Positions 41,720 through 56,459 of a stretch of DNA of 64,000 nucleotides are shown piece by piece. The notes below the pieces were generated by a model. It was not told the origin of the DNA. It was given only the letters and a program-made list of their open reading frames with translations, and did no database searches. Source of the stretch: the human T2T-CHM13v2.0 reference genome, Homo sapiens; assembly GCF_009914755.1 (NCBI RefSeq), contig NC_060928.1, one strand, 5' to 3'. Within the stretch, counting starts at the first letter, position 1; each line of letters begins with the position of its first letter. A program made the translations under genes and the position numbers.

Positions 41720-42640
41720 CAGAAGCCCCGCAGCTCCGGTTTTAGAATCCCCCAGCAGGCCCTCTCGGGCCAGAGATTTGCCCCTTTGTCTCTGATACGT
41801 ACAAACCTCCCTCAAGAAGGACGAGTGACTCGTCCAAAGCCGCGCAGCGGAGCCGCGGTTCCCTCTCCTGTAAACTAAGCAGACTGATAAAAGGATTAAT
41901 TGCGCGAGCGACAGAGAGCATCTGGCGCACGGCGGACAGTCGCTAATTAAGAAATTAACGGGGGATGGACGAGAAAGCTGGCTGGTAAAGAAGGCGATGG
42001 TAAAGGAGGTCTGGAGGGTGCTGAGGGAGGAACCGGGCCGAAGGAAGGAAAGTAGACAGAACAGGGCCCGCGGGAATCGAGTGCAGCAAAACAGCTCCAA
42101 CCTCAATCCAACGCCAACGCCCGGCCCGCACAGCACGGAATCCCGGGGAAGGCGGAGGGCGGGGTCCGAGGCCCCGCCTGTGACCCCACCCCTTTCCTGG
42201 CCCCGCCCCCAGCCTTGAGGCCCCGCCTCTGACTCCACCCCTGTCTCTTTCTCCGCTCCGCCCCTCCTCCTCGTCCCTCCCTCAAGGCCCGGAAGCGAAA
42301 GCCTCTCCACCTCTTCCGAGCGGGGTCACGGCCCGGCCGTCGGTAACCTGGTTTCCGAGAGTGCCGGGCGGTCGGCGGGTCAGGGCAGCCCGGGGCCTGA
42401 CGCCATGTCCCGGAACCTGCGCACCGCGCTCATTTTCGGCGGCTTCATCTCCCTGATCGGCGCCGCCTTCTATCCCATCTACTTCCGGCCCCTAATGAGA
42501 TTGGAGGAGTACAGTGAGTGATCTCTAACCCCTTGCGGTGACCTGACTCCCCAACACACACACCTCCCCTCTGTGAGCTCCACGTGGTGCCGTGGAAAGA
42601 ACTTGGCTCGAGGGTTAGGGAGAGCCGGGTTCGAATCCTG
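41720..42640. promoter_or_regulatory. CpG island / TATA-less SMIM20 promoter
   Basis: Only large CpG-dense non-Alu stretch in the window; GC boxes (gggcgggg 42157-42164, gccccgcccc 42200-42209), ETS/GABP-type CCGGAAG 42289-42295 and CTTCCG 42313-42318, directly upstream of the ATG. Confidence 0.9.
42405..42513 (+). CDS. SMIM20: SMIM20 coding exon 1 ([36 protein letters not shown] + 1 nt); contains the transmembrane segment
   Basis: gacgccATG in a CpG island; 109 nt open frame ending at donor ACA|gtgagt (42514); the translation is recognisable as the SMIM20/MITRAC7 N-terminus. Confidence 0.97.
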
Positions 42641-43859
42641 CCATGTGCAGCTTTGTGACCGTGGACAAGTTGCTCAACCTCTAGGACTCTCAGTATCCTC
42701 ATCTGTGAATGTTTGTGGCTACGTCATCTATGCTAAAATGCCGAGCCTCCTGTGAGACTCAGGTGATCATGTATATGAAAGCAGTCCTCACATAAGTCGA
42801 CGCTAAGTACCAGTTCATATTTACAGTTAAAATTCACTGAATGCCTATTACACGTCAGGTTAGGCATATGTTGGATCGTTTCATTTGCACAAGCTCACCT
42901 TGAAGTATATATGTAAAACATGCCCATTTTACAAATGAGGGAACTGAGAGGCTCAGAGGTTTTATAACGTTCCCAAGGTCACACAGCAAGTAAGTGACAA
43001 GGCAAATATATCCAACCCCAGGCCTCTGTCCAGAGCCTCCTCCAAGCACCCAGGCTGAGAATGGTGACTGGGGGAGCCAGATGGAACCCTGATCCTTCTG
43101 AGTGGAAAGGTGCTTTTACTGCACTTCATTTCCACTCCCCAAGATGTTTTTTGAGTGGGACTGTTTCAAACCCAAACTGTTAACCTGGGGTTTGTAGTGT
43201 TTTCTCTTCTTTTTCCTCAAATTGTTTTTCCGATTCTGCTTGTTTCCTTCGTTTTAAGCCGATTGCTCACATGGTAATGGTGAAATCCTGGGAGTAATTT
43301 TCCTTCTTAATCATTCCAGTCCTATCATTCTAAAAGCCAAACTCTTCTTCCTTGAGACCTATACCTCAGCAAGGATTAGCACTTTGATACATCTGAAACC
43401 ATCTGTCAGACAGAAAATATTAGGCATTAGAGGCTCATTTTGTTCACCAGGAAACCCGAATCATCTTGAAGATGGAAGAGGGCCAACCCTGTCCCTTGGG
43501 AATATTAACGGACACTGAAAGCTTGGCGAATTGAAGGCGAAAGCTCCGTGTAAATGTTCTGCCCATTACAAATGTTGCAGCAGTCGATTTCTGGAGGCAG
43601 AGCGTTTTAAGTGCACACTCAGATTTCCTTGTAGCTTCTTTTCATTAGCCAAGACTGAAATGGCCACTGTGTTCTGCCTTCCAGCTTATCTGCATGCACC
43701 ATGCGTGGGAGTAAGGTGGGCTGTGTGAAGCCCTGCGGGATCTGTTTCCACCATCCTTCTTCAGCGGACGCCTGCCCCAGCGATTATATTGAGGCCACTA
43801 GAACTTGGGACAAAGGGTCTGCTTTGCATCCCATTGGAAAAGTCAGTTCTGAAAACTAG

Positions 43860-44098
43860 AGCTGTGGTTCTCATCTAGGGGTGATTTTGCCCCGCAGGAT
43901 ATTTGGCTCAATCTGGAGACATTTTTGCTTGTCACAACTTGGGATGGGGGGGGGGGGGGGTCGAGTGTTGCTACTGGTTTCTTGTGGATAGATGCCAGGG
44001 ATACTGCTAAACTTTTTGCAGTGCATACAAGACAGACCCCCATGACAAAGAATTACCCAGCTTAAAATTCGAGTGGTGCCTTGGTTGAGAAACCCTGC
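43860..44098 (+). mobile_element. MER20 in SMIM20 intron 1 with an expanded G15 run
   Basis: ggtgattttgcccc...tctggagacattttt...ggttgagaaaccctg. Confidence 0.85.
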
Positions 44099-44212
44099 TT
44101 GAGATGAAATGGTCAAGATGGGGACTTGTACTGTGTATCCCAGCAACAGTCTTTTAGGGATACTCCAGAATCTGTGGTTGTCTGAATGTCTTGAGACAGA
44201 CAAATCAGGTGA

Positions 44213-44926
<714 letters not shown>

Positions 44927-45977
44927 TGACTGCTGTAACATTTGTAATGGGCAGAGCGTTTACACAGCTTTCGCCTTCAGTGCCAGCAACTGATTCTTTT
45001 AAACAGGTAAATATTGCTGAACAGGTAATATTTGTGGGAAGTTTACTATATGTTTGGCACTCTTCTAAGCACTTCCTATATATTAACCCATTTAGTGTTG
45101 ATAACAGCCCTTTGTGGCAGCTGCTATATGATCATCATCCCCATTTTATATGTGGACAAACTGAGGTGTGAAACAGTTAAATTACTTACACAAGGACCTA
45201 CAGCTGATGAGTCACAGATCTGGGACTTGAATTAATATCCTTAATCCCTAAACCAAGACAGCATACTGCTTGTCTAAGGGGGCAAGAAAAGGCAATGGGG
45301 GAGATGAGTGTCTGCATAGCCTACTAGATGAATGACCCTCATCTAAGTTACTTCACTTCTCTGAGCCCTGCCTGTTTCCTCATCTGTAGCAGTGTAGTTC
45401 ACTGGATTGAATTTACAGGGTTTGGGGTGAATTAAATGGGGTAACAGGTGTGGAAACACCTACTATAGTCTTATATTAGATATTTTATTAAAATGTTTAC
45501 AAAATAATGAGCCACAAGGGCAGGAATGTGAGACATGGAGATTTTAGCAGGTGGATAGGCCTGGAGCTGGCTGACCTAGCAGTAAACTGGGATGAGGTGT
45601 TCATGATCAGGTCATGGAAACCCACTGTGTGGTCGGATCTTCAGCTCATTCCAACACATTCAACTAGCATTTATTTAGCACTCTCTTTTTTAGAAGAAAC
45701 CTGGATTCTAGCAATCGCTGGGTGCCTGGCACTGTGCTGGGTGTGGACTGCACCTAACCAAACAGCATGGTCAGTCACTTCCTTCCATCATGCTCTTCCT
45801 ACCCTTGTCCTGTCCACCTCGCTCCACCCATTCCTGGGACTGAGCTGCTTCCATTGTGTCCCACCTACTACCCATTCTCTACCTAGCAGCCACAGTGGTC
45901 TTTTCTGGTGACTTTTGGTTGCTGGTTTCTATCTTATTTGCATTTATGGTCAGAGAATGTGGACTATATGATTTTGA

Positions 45978-46332
<355 letters not shown>

Positions 46333-46601
46333 CAGGTCAGTTTTTGTAAATATTCCCTGTGTGCTTGGAATGGTGGCTGTTCTCTTGTTGGGTACAGAGT
46401 TCTGTATCTGTGTATGTTAATTACAGATCAAGCTTCTTAATTCTGTTTGTATTTGGATGTCCTGTGGCCATGTTATTAGGTGCATACAATCTAGAAAATT
46501 CTGGATAATTTTTTCTAATTATCATTATATAAGAATTATCTTTATCTCCACTGTTCTTCCCCATCTCTATTTTATCTGATTTTATTGTGCTACCAGATTC
46601 C

Positions 46602-47294
<693 letters not shown>

Positions 47295-47396
47295 TGTGAA
47301 TATCTTAAAACCAACATAAACTAGATATTTTAATCCAACCTGATAAGCTCTTTTAACTATTGGATTGGATTAATTTTCATTTATTCTATTTACTGA

Positions 47397-47849
<453 letters not shown>

Positions 47850-48302
47850 TAAAGTTTAGAGTTAGTCAGTGTCTTTACCCTTGAACAATACAAGGTCCTT
47901 ATAATGCCTTAACCTTTGTCCCATGCACCTGACATAATATATTTGTCCTGCCTGGTGCCTGTGACTCAGCAAATCAGTTAACACCATCACTATTGTATAT
48001 GGTCACTGACTGTTTATCTTCACCCGCGTTCTTTACTCACCGACGCTGCTTACATTTCACTCCTTTCTAGCTTCAGTTTTCTCCCTTCTGACATACATCT
48101 GTTACTACTTCTTTGGTAAGAATTTGTAACTGGGAACCTCTGTTTTTGTCTATTGGAAAATGTATAGAACTGCAGGTCTTCTGCCATGGTTTTTGAAAAG
48201 TTTGTCACGCCATCCAAATTTAATCATCTCACTTGCTTAATTACAGTGCTCCAGTAACCCTTTGGTGTCTTGGAAGTCCAGCCAGTGGAGGGTTATTGAA
48301 GT

Positions 48303-49131
48303 ATAGTCATGTGCTGTATCATATTTTGGCCCGCGATAGACCATGTATGACAGTGGTCCCATAAGATTATCATGGTGCTGAAAAATTTCTGTCGCCTAGT
48401 GATGTCCTGATGATCCTGACCCTGTGTGGGCCTAGGCTAATATATATGTTGTATCTTAGTTTCTCACACAAAAGTTTAAAAAGGAAAAAATAATAATAAT
48501 TTTAAAATAGAAAGATGTCTATAGAATGAAGATATATAAAGAGAAAATATTTTTGTACAGCTGTAGATGTTTGTGTTTTAAGCTAAATGTTACTATAAGA
48601 GTCAAAAAGTTTTAAAAATTTAAAAGTTTATAAAGTAAAAAAGCTAGCTGAGGTTCATTTATTACTGAAGAAAGAAATTTTAAACAATAAATGTAGTGTA
48701 GCCTAAGTGTGCAGTGTTTATAGAGTCTGTAGTAGTGTACAGTAATGTCTTAGGCCTTCACATTCACTCACCACTCACTCACCCAGAGCAACTTCCACTC
48801 CTGCAGGATTCATTCAAGGTAAATATCCTATTTGGGTACACCATTTGGAAAATCTTTTATACAGTGTTTTTACTGTACCTTTTCAAGTTTAGCTATGTTT
48901 AGACACACAAATCTTTACCATGTGTTACAGTTGCCTGCAGTATTCAGTACAGTACCAGGCTGTACAGGTTTGTAGCCTAGGAACAATAGGCTATATCACA
49001 TAGCCTGGGTGTGTAGTAGGCTACACTGTCTAGGTTTGTGCAAGTACACTCTATGATGGTTGCACAACAATGAAATCACCTAAGGACGCATTTCTCAGAA
49101 TGTACTCCCACAGATGAGTGACACAGGACTG
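48303..49131 (-). mobile_element. Tigger3b/Golem-type DNA transposon fossil
   Basis: ggtcccataagattat...ggccttcacattcactcaccactcact...gcatttctcagaatgta...gactgta; reverse homology to 31345-31690. Confidence 0.85.
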
Positions 49132-49342
49132 TATGTTAGTAAGAGCAGTGATCATATTCACTCTTTACAAGCATCACTCTGATTGATTGTATGTTAACTA
49201 GAAGGTGGAAAAGTCAAATCTGGGGACAGGAAGGCCAGGTACGGGAAGGCTGTGTTTCCTGTGACCTCAGGGAGACCAGAGTGGTGGCTATGGGAGTGGA
49301 GATAAGTGACTGCATTTGGGAGCCATATTTAAGAAGCAAACT

Positions 49343-49475
49343 GGTGGGCATGGTGGCTCAAACCTGTAATCCCAGCACTTTGGGAAGCTGACGCAGGAGG
49401 ATCGCTGGAGTCCAGGAGTTCAAACCAGCCTGAGCAACATGGCGCGACCCTGTCTCATTTAAAAAAAAGAAAAGA
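49343..49475 (+). mobile_element. FLAM/Alu monomer within an L2 remnant
   Basis: Single arm with A tail. Confidence 0.85.
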
Positions 49476-50173
49476 AGTAAACTCTACAGGGGTCTGTGGC
49501 TGATTAGCCACGGGGCAAAGAAGGAGAATGGCACCCAGTGTTCTGGCTCCAGCAGCTGAGGAGATGGAGATGCTGGTCATTAGCTAGAAAACACAAGAAG
49601 GAATTGGTTTTAGGGGTGAAAAGACAAGTTAGTTTGCTTTTGGGCATTTGGGTAGCTTTTGAGGCTGAGGTAGCTGATGTGCTCTTTGAGATTTCCCATA
49701 GACAATGGAATATACCGATCTGGGGCTGAGACGCCGGATGTGAGCTGCAGCTGGAGATGGGGCATCATCAGCACGTGGCTGGGAATCAGGTCACTGCAGT
49801 AGGTAAGGGTTCCCAGGCAGCATTCAGAGATTGTAAGGGGCAAGCTGGCCCGGGGCAGTGTGCTGGGGAACACCAGTGTCAGAAGGGCTGAAGCATAGGG
49901 GGTCAGAGGAAGAGAAAGGCCCTCTAAGGAGACTGAGGAGGAGTGGCTAGACAGGTTTTAAACCAGGAGAGGCTGCAGTCACAAGCCCCATAAAGACAGC
50001 TCTTCATGAAAAGGGAGTGTGGTCAGCAGGGTTAGGCTGCTTAGAGACAGTAAAAGAGATAAGTGAAAATATGAATTATATTTAACAGAAATAAGTTAGA
50101 AGTGATTGGTTATATTGTTAAACATGCTTTCAGTGGTTTGGAAGTAGGCAGAAGGCAGGTTGCAGTGGATTGA

Positions 50174-50216
50174 AGTGTATTAAGTTGACTATTAATAGTG
50201 TATTAAGTTGACTATT
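50174..50216. repeat. 20-bp direct repeat, period 23
   Basis: agtgtattaagttgactatt at 50174-50193 and 50197-50216. Confidence 0.95.
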
Positions 50217-52051
50217 TATAGATGTTTAGCTGTATGGAGAGGAGAATGGCAAAGTTTCCAGCAGGTCACAGGGTCTGGGAAGAGTTTTCTTTTAGTTTTG
50301 GCTGGAAGAGATGGAGGGCCAAGAAAGTCTTAGACAGAGAAAGCTGCTGGAGAGAGAAGACAGTCCGTAGAGTGGGAGGTGACATGAGATCCTGAGCTCA
50401 AGTAGAGGAAAGAGCCTTGGACCAAAGGCAAGGCACCTCTTCCACCAGCTCAGGAGGAAGGATGGTGTGGATGCTGCCATATCTAGGTTTGATGTTGGCA
50501 AGTTGTGGGCACTTCCAGGTGATGGCGTCTATTCTCTTTGTGACACAGGAAGTCAGGTCATTTATGAGTAAGAGGCACCAACTCTAGGCCATCCTCTCCT
50601 TCCTTGGAGCACTGTCTTCCCTGGGCCTCTCCACCGTGGAAGGTCCTCCTGGGTTTGCTCTTTTGCTCCTGCCTTTCAGCCACTCCTGTTAGCCTTTCTT
50701 GTTAGGCCTTCTCTCCTGACCGTCCTTCATACATTTCATTCCCCAGGATCCTGAGACTGTGGGGCAGAAGCCCATCATTCTTGGATGGACAGGGCAGAAG
50801 CCTACTCCCTGAGAACTGGGTTACTGGTAAAAGCAAGACTTAGGGCTGGCAACTGGCAAGGCAGTCCATGTAGAGCCAAGTGTCAGATCAGTCTGGGCCC
50901 TTCACCTGTGCCAGCATGGATATGGGGACAGGTACGTTCCAGGGTCTCTGCTGGAACAAGCATACAGGCAGCAGAAAAGAAGGGGAAGCCTGCTTAGGTA
51001 AAACAAAGCCAAGGAGATCTTCCATGGTTGCAGAGCAGGCAGCCACTATCACCAGACTGCCTTATTGGATTTCATTTTGGCGTTCAGCATGATCTTCAGT
51101 TCTTTCGTTAACTTAGCAAGGCTTTCCTAAGTGTTATGTGGAGTACAAGGCAGTTCTGTACATGATACCTCAAGTACTGAAATGAGCGCTGGACAGATGA
51201 TGGCATCAGTGGGTCAGTGACCCAAAACCAGAAGTCTGGGTACAGTTCTGCTGTACTTCTGGAGGGAGTCCCAGACGCTTTTTAGCTTTCACCCTGTTGG
51301 CATAGCATGTTTGGTCTGAAGAGGTCACAGTTAGGGAAGAGTACAGATGGCTAATCTGTCTTTGTTTCCTAGAACTAGACAGTGACCCTGAATATGGCCT
51401 TTTACAAATAACATGCATTTGAGGCCAGCCTGTGAAATTAGACAGAATAAGATCATTTTCTGTGATCCTTTTCATTTGAAATTTTAATTGGATGTTCAGA
51501 AGCATAAAATCATAGGGTTTGACCAGAAGGGGCTTGAGCTCATTTCCGTCCCCTCATTTAGTGACTTGTCCAAGGTTACTCAGCACATTAGTTGCTGGGT
51601 GGACACTAGGCCCTAACTCCTTGACCTTGCCTGTACTTAATGCCCTGCCTCATGATGCCTTCAGACAGTGAAGAATGTTCAACAGCCAGCCAAGTGAAAG
51701 GCCACAGGGGAGAGCTGTGAGACCTCAGTTCTGCTGCTTCTCAGTCCTGTTGATTTCCGCTGCACCTTGCTGCCCCTGCCCGAAAGGAGGCTATGCCTAG
51801 GCAGCACACGGTACTGGAAATCACCTGATGCAGAAAGAATTCTTACCTTGTAAGGGCATTTTCCTTGTGACATGCCAGGTGCTTAGAATATGCTTTTCAG
51901 TCCTTTCACCACATAATCGAATGAAATGCGCAGGCAGACTGGGTCTTGTTTTCTAACTGGCATTACACAGTTCCCTGGATTCAACCAGGCTCTGGTGAGG
52001 AAACAGACCTGTTGACACTGTTGGGAGGAGTGCAGTGCTTCAAGTGGCTAC

Positions 52052-52211
52052 TTGGTCCCCTTCAGCCAACTGGGTCACACTTGCTCCTGTGGTCATATGG
52101 CTTCCCCTCCGTCCCTGGTTCTTTCTTGTCACCACGTCCATTTGGTCCCCTTCAGCCAACTGGGTTGCACTTGCTGCTGCGGTCATATGGCTTCCCCTTG
52201 GCCCCTGGTTC
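52052..52211. repeat. Diverged 90-bp-period duplication (70-bp core, 63/70 identical)
   Basis: ttggtccccttcagccaactggg...ggtcatatggcttcccc...cctggttc at 52052 and 52142. Confidence 0.95.
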
Positions 52212-52454
52212 ACACTCACCACCAGTGAACCTCCAGTTCTGGAATACCCCAGAGGCAGATGGTGTATGTATCTAGGTAACAGCAGCAACAAAAGCAACTG
52301 AAAAGCTTTTGAAAAAAATTTTATATTTGCTACTTTTTAAAAGATAGCTTCTTTGAAATAATCACCATGGAAGAGTCAAAATGGTGTTGGACTTTTCGTA
52401 TGCATGTTGTACAGTTATGTGGTTTTTGTTAGTGAAAAAAGAAACTCAAACTTG

Positions 52455-52580
52455 GGGAGGCTGAGGCAGCAGAATCACTTGAACCTGGGAGGCAGAGGTT
52501 GCAGTGAGCCGAGATCACGCCACTGTACTCCAGCCTGGGTGACAGAGCAAGACTCTTTCTCAAAAAATAAATAAATAAAC
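52455..52580 (+). mobile_element. 5'-truncated Alu (right arm only)
   Basis: TSD aaagaaactcaaact on both flanks. Confidence 0.9.
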
Positions 52581-52917
52581 AAAAGAAACTCAAACTGACA
52601 AAAGATCCAAGAACAGTGCAGTAAATTCCTATATTGTCCTTCACCTTGATTTACCAGTTGTTAACATTTTGCCACATTTGCTTTCTCCCCCTATATATAA
52701 CATACAGATACATACATATATACAGATATAGTTATATGTACTATATATTATAATTATTACTGTTATTTTGTTGAACCATTTGAGAGTAGGTCAAAGACAT
52801 TGTGAGCTTTCATTCCTAAACACTTCAGCCTGTATTTCCGAAGAACAAGGGCATTCTCTTATGTAATCACAATGCGGTTTTCCAATCTAAGAAATTTAAC
52901 GTTGATACAGTGCTATT

Positions 52918-53250
52918 ACAGTTGGAGCATTTCTAATCTGAAAATGGAAAATGCTCCAAAATCTGGAATTTTTTGAGTTCCAAAATGACACAAGTGGAAA
53001 ATACCACACATAAGTACTTAATATAAATTTAGTTTCATGCACAAAATTATTAAAAACATTGTATAAAATTATCTTCAGTCTATGTATATAAGATGTATGT
53101 GAAACAAATGAATTTAATGTTTAGACTTGGATCCCATCCCCAAGATATCTTGTTATATATATATGTAAATATTCCAAAATCTGAAAAAAATCCTAAATCC
53201 AAACCAATTCTGTTCTCAACCAATTTCAGATAAGGGATATTCAACTTGTA
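52918..53250. mobile_element. Tigger4b/MER46-type DNA transposon fossil within an old L1
   Basis: aatgctccaaaatctg...tttagacttggatcccatcccc...gataagggatattcaac. Confidence 0.8.
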
Positions 53251-53309
53251 TGGAATATACAGCCCACGTTCAAATTTTGCCATTTGTCACAATTCAAGTT
53301 GTGAGTTGC

Positions 53310-53636
<327 letters not shown>

Positions 53637-56402
53637 TAAGTATTTATTGGCAGGAAGAAATAGGGAGGTAGGTTCCCAAGGTCATACCTTGCACCAGCTT
53701 TCATTTGCTTTTTTATTTTAGGTTTCTGTCTGCTGGTCCTCCACTAGAGCACCCTCAACGAATAATCCTGAGACTGCTGAGGGAGCTGGGGCTTGAGTAT
53801 CCTGCAGTGTTTGCATTGTTGTGAATGTTCAAGTAACAAGTCACACAGTCGATGTATTTTCCGGTGTGGACATTTAATATAAGGATATGTTTTTGTTTTT
53901 AAAGACTTCAACATTATTAGGTAGATTCTTTTACTATCGTACAAAAAATCAGCCGGTCTGCATGTATTACTAGTTTTAATAATACACTTTGGCCCCTGGA
54001 CCAGAGATAACGTCCTCAATTAAAACTACAAATCACACCACTGCCTTAGCACCAGGGGGCAGAGTCGGGCTTGCTGAGACACTGGAGTGGGGAGTTTTTT
54101 AACCCGGTGTGCCATATTTGGGTTTAAATTATTTCACTCCTGATAGAAATGTGCTCACTAGTGAAATTGGTAATAAGTTTATCCTGATTTGTTTACATAG
54201 TTAAACCCCTGACTTCTGCCATTTCCCTTTTCCTGAGGTTTATATACATTTGCTCTTTTCCAAAGATAGGGAAATAGAAGCTTACTGTCAACCTCAATCA
54301 AGATGCACTGCTAAATCGTGAGGGACTCGTTTCTGTTTTCCTTTTAGAGTATTCTGCATTCACAGATAAAGTGTCTTTGTGTTACATCATGAATTTACAT
54401 AAGACTGCTTTGGCCTTAGAGTATTTATAAAACATTAATGGATTAAAGAACCAGGGGATGTAGATAGGATGCTAATACCTGGTTATCATTTGGTAGGAAC
54501 TGGCTCAGCAAAGTGGTTTAAATTTCCTGACCAAGCCAAACTACAGAGGTGTTTGCATTAGGACAAGGATTATAAAGAGATTATGGTCTATTTAAAATAA
54601 ATCTTCAGCCTTGCTTCAGCCTCATTAGCAATTAGCAAGAAAGTGTGAAGACAGGGATTTCTTTCTTTTCATTTGGTTCTCCGTTGCATCATAAGAGGTT
54701 AGAACCCAATTAGGCATTCGGTCCTTGCCACCAAAAGTCAGCTTCCTTTGATGCTTGGCAGTCTGCCAGCTTCTTTTGCCTTGCAGTACCTGCCTCTGGA
54801 CAATGTGTTTGGTACACCAGGATGTCTGATTTTATGAAATCTCTAAGTCTAGAATGCTTTCTGATAGTGATTTTTTAAAACTCAAATCTTCCCTCTTCCA
54901 TAGTATCAGAAAATAGACCTTTTAGTTAGATACAGAAAATTAATTCTATTTTTGTTCCTGCCAAGACTGATGACTGTGGGCTTTTACATGTTGGTATCTT
55001 CCAAGAGCATGTTCGAGACATCCATACTTTGAGACTTACATGTCTATAGGATGGTGGGGCTCAGTTCTACAATGATTTAATGTCTTAAGAAATGAGGACA
55101 CCTTTTGTGTTATTTCAGAAAGTCTAACACTTTAGAGGCTCCATAATATCCACTCTAAATGGAAGAAATCTTTTGATATATCTTGAGAGAATCTTGGTTG
55201 CCATTCATCCGCTACTTTTCAGAGAGGAGCAGTGAAACCATCAGGCCGCTTGTTGCCTGGAATAGGCCTGAGTATCCTATGTGTTCTCTCCATCCCTCTT
55301 AGACTTGGATATCAGGATTCCCATAATCCCCATTGCCCAGTGTTTTATTTGCCACAGCAAAACTTAGTATTGATAAAACTATCAGGTCGGTCATTTAGGA
55401 TTGACTTTCTGTCACATGACTAGAGAAGCAAGTTCAATGAATATTAGATTTGGCCAAACCCTGTTTCTTGTACCGTTACGTTTGTGTAACTTTATGAGAA
55501 TCCAGAGGCCAAAGTAAAGAAAATGGCCTGATACTAAATAAGAGCTAAATGTGGATTTAAAGAAACACTGTCAGCCTGATTAAAACAAAGGTCCGATTAT
55601 GACATTTCATTACTATAATTTAGTGGTAAACGTCCTTTGGCTCTAAGGCTTTCTCCTGAAAAGCTGTCATTTGTTTGTCAAGATACTTAAAATAATAACT
55701 CTTTGTTTTTACAGACCTTGGGTTTATTCTAAACCACTTAGAAAAATGTGTCAGAGTGCTTCAAGCCCACAGATATGAAATGCCCAATTTCTCTTGGCCC
55801 TTGCCTGTTGGACATCTCCAAAGAGACTGGCTTAGTTGCTGTCGCTACAATGTGCTAATTGGCGCAGCACCTGCAATCAATTAGGGAAGCTTCAATTATC
55901 CAAACCAAAGCCACCCACCCAAAGATTAATTTTCTGCTCTATTTCCTATCAAAAACATAGCATATTTAGCTCTGAGTCTAGTCCTTTGGTGGAGTGCATT
56001 TTAGACATATAAACTACATCGTTTTCTTAATTGTACTTGTTCCTTCAATTCAGCAGCTTTCCCCTCGTGATATCACGCCCACCAGTTCTTTCAAAATTGT
56101 TCTTTTTTTGTTGTTGTTTTCTTGTCTTTCCAAAATGCTGAGATCACAGAGAAGAGATGTTAGTTGGGGAGCTTTTCTTTTGAAGTATGGATTTCTTTAT
56201 TCTTTTGAAAATACCCAATCTCTTTTGCATTATAGGATCTAACTTCCACAACCTAAAAGCTTTGCATAATAGCGTATCTGAATTTAACAGCACTCATAAA
56301 TACTGTTTTCTAATTGTCCCATGTCATTGGCCCATGTAAATACAAATATTTCTCTCTCCCCGCCCCCCTTCTAAAGAATGATTTTTCTCTTATGTTTCTC
56401 AG

Positions 56403-56459
56403 AGAAGGAACAAGCTATAAATCGGGCTGGAATTGTTCAAGAGGATGTGCAGCCACCAG
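56403..56459 (+). CDS. SMIM20: SMIM20 coding exon 2 (KKEQAINRAGIVQEDVQPP); start of phoenixin
   Basis: Pyrimidine tract tttttctcttatgtttctcag| acceptor and CAG|gtaaac donor; 57 nt, phase 1-1, continues the exon 1 frame. Confidence 0.97.

Noticed and set aside
41708-42310. 200-aa antisense ORF over the promoter
   Set aside because: It starts at a non-ATG codon, lies in stop-poor GC-rich CpG-island DNA and is low complexity with no recognisable domain.
51946-52301. ORFs with internal 30-aa repeats
   Set aside because: Explained by the 90-bp DNA duplication; non-ATG starts and no exon signals.
53722-53832. Acceptor-like tttttattttag that would form a poison exon in the SMIM20 frame (TAG after 8 codons)
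   Set aside because: No convincing paired donor; such acceptors are common in T-rich introns.
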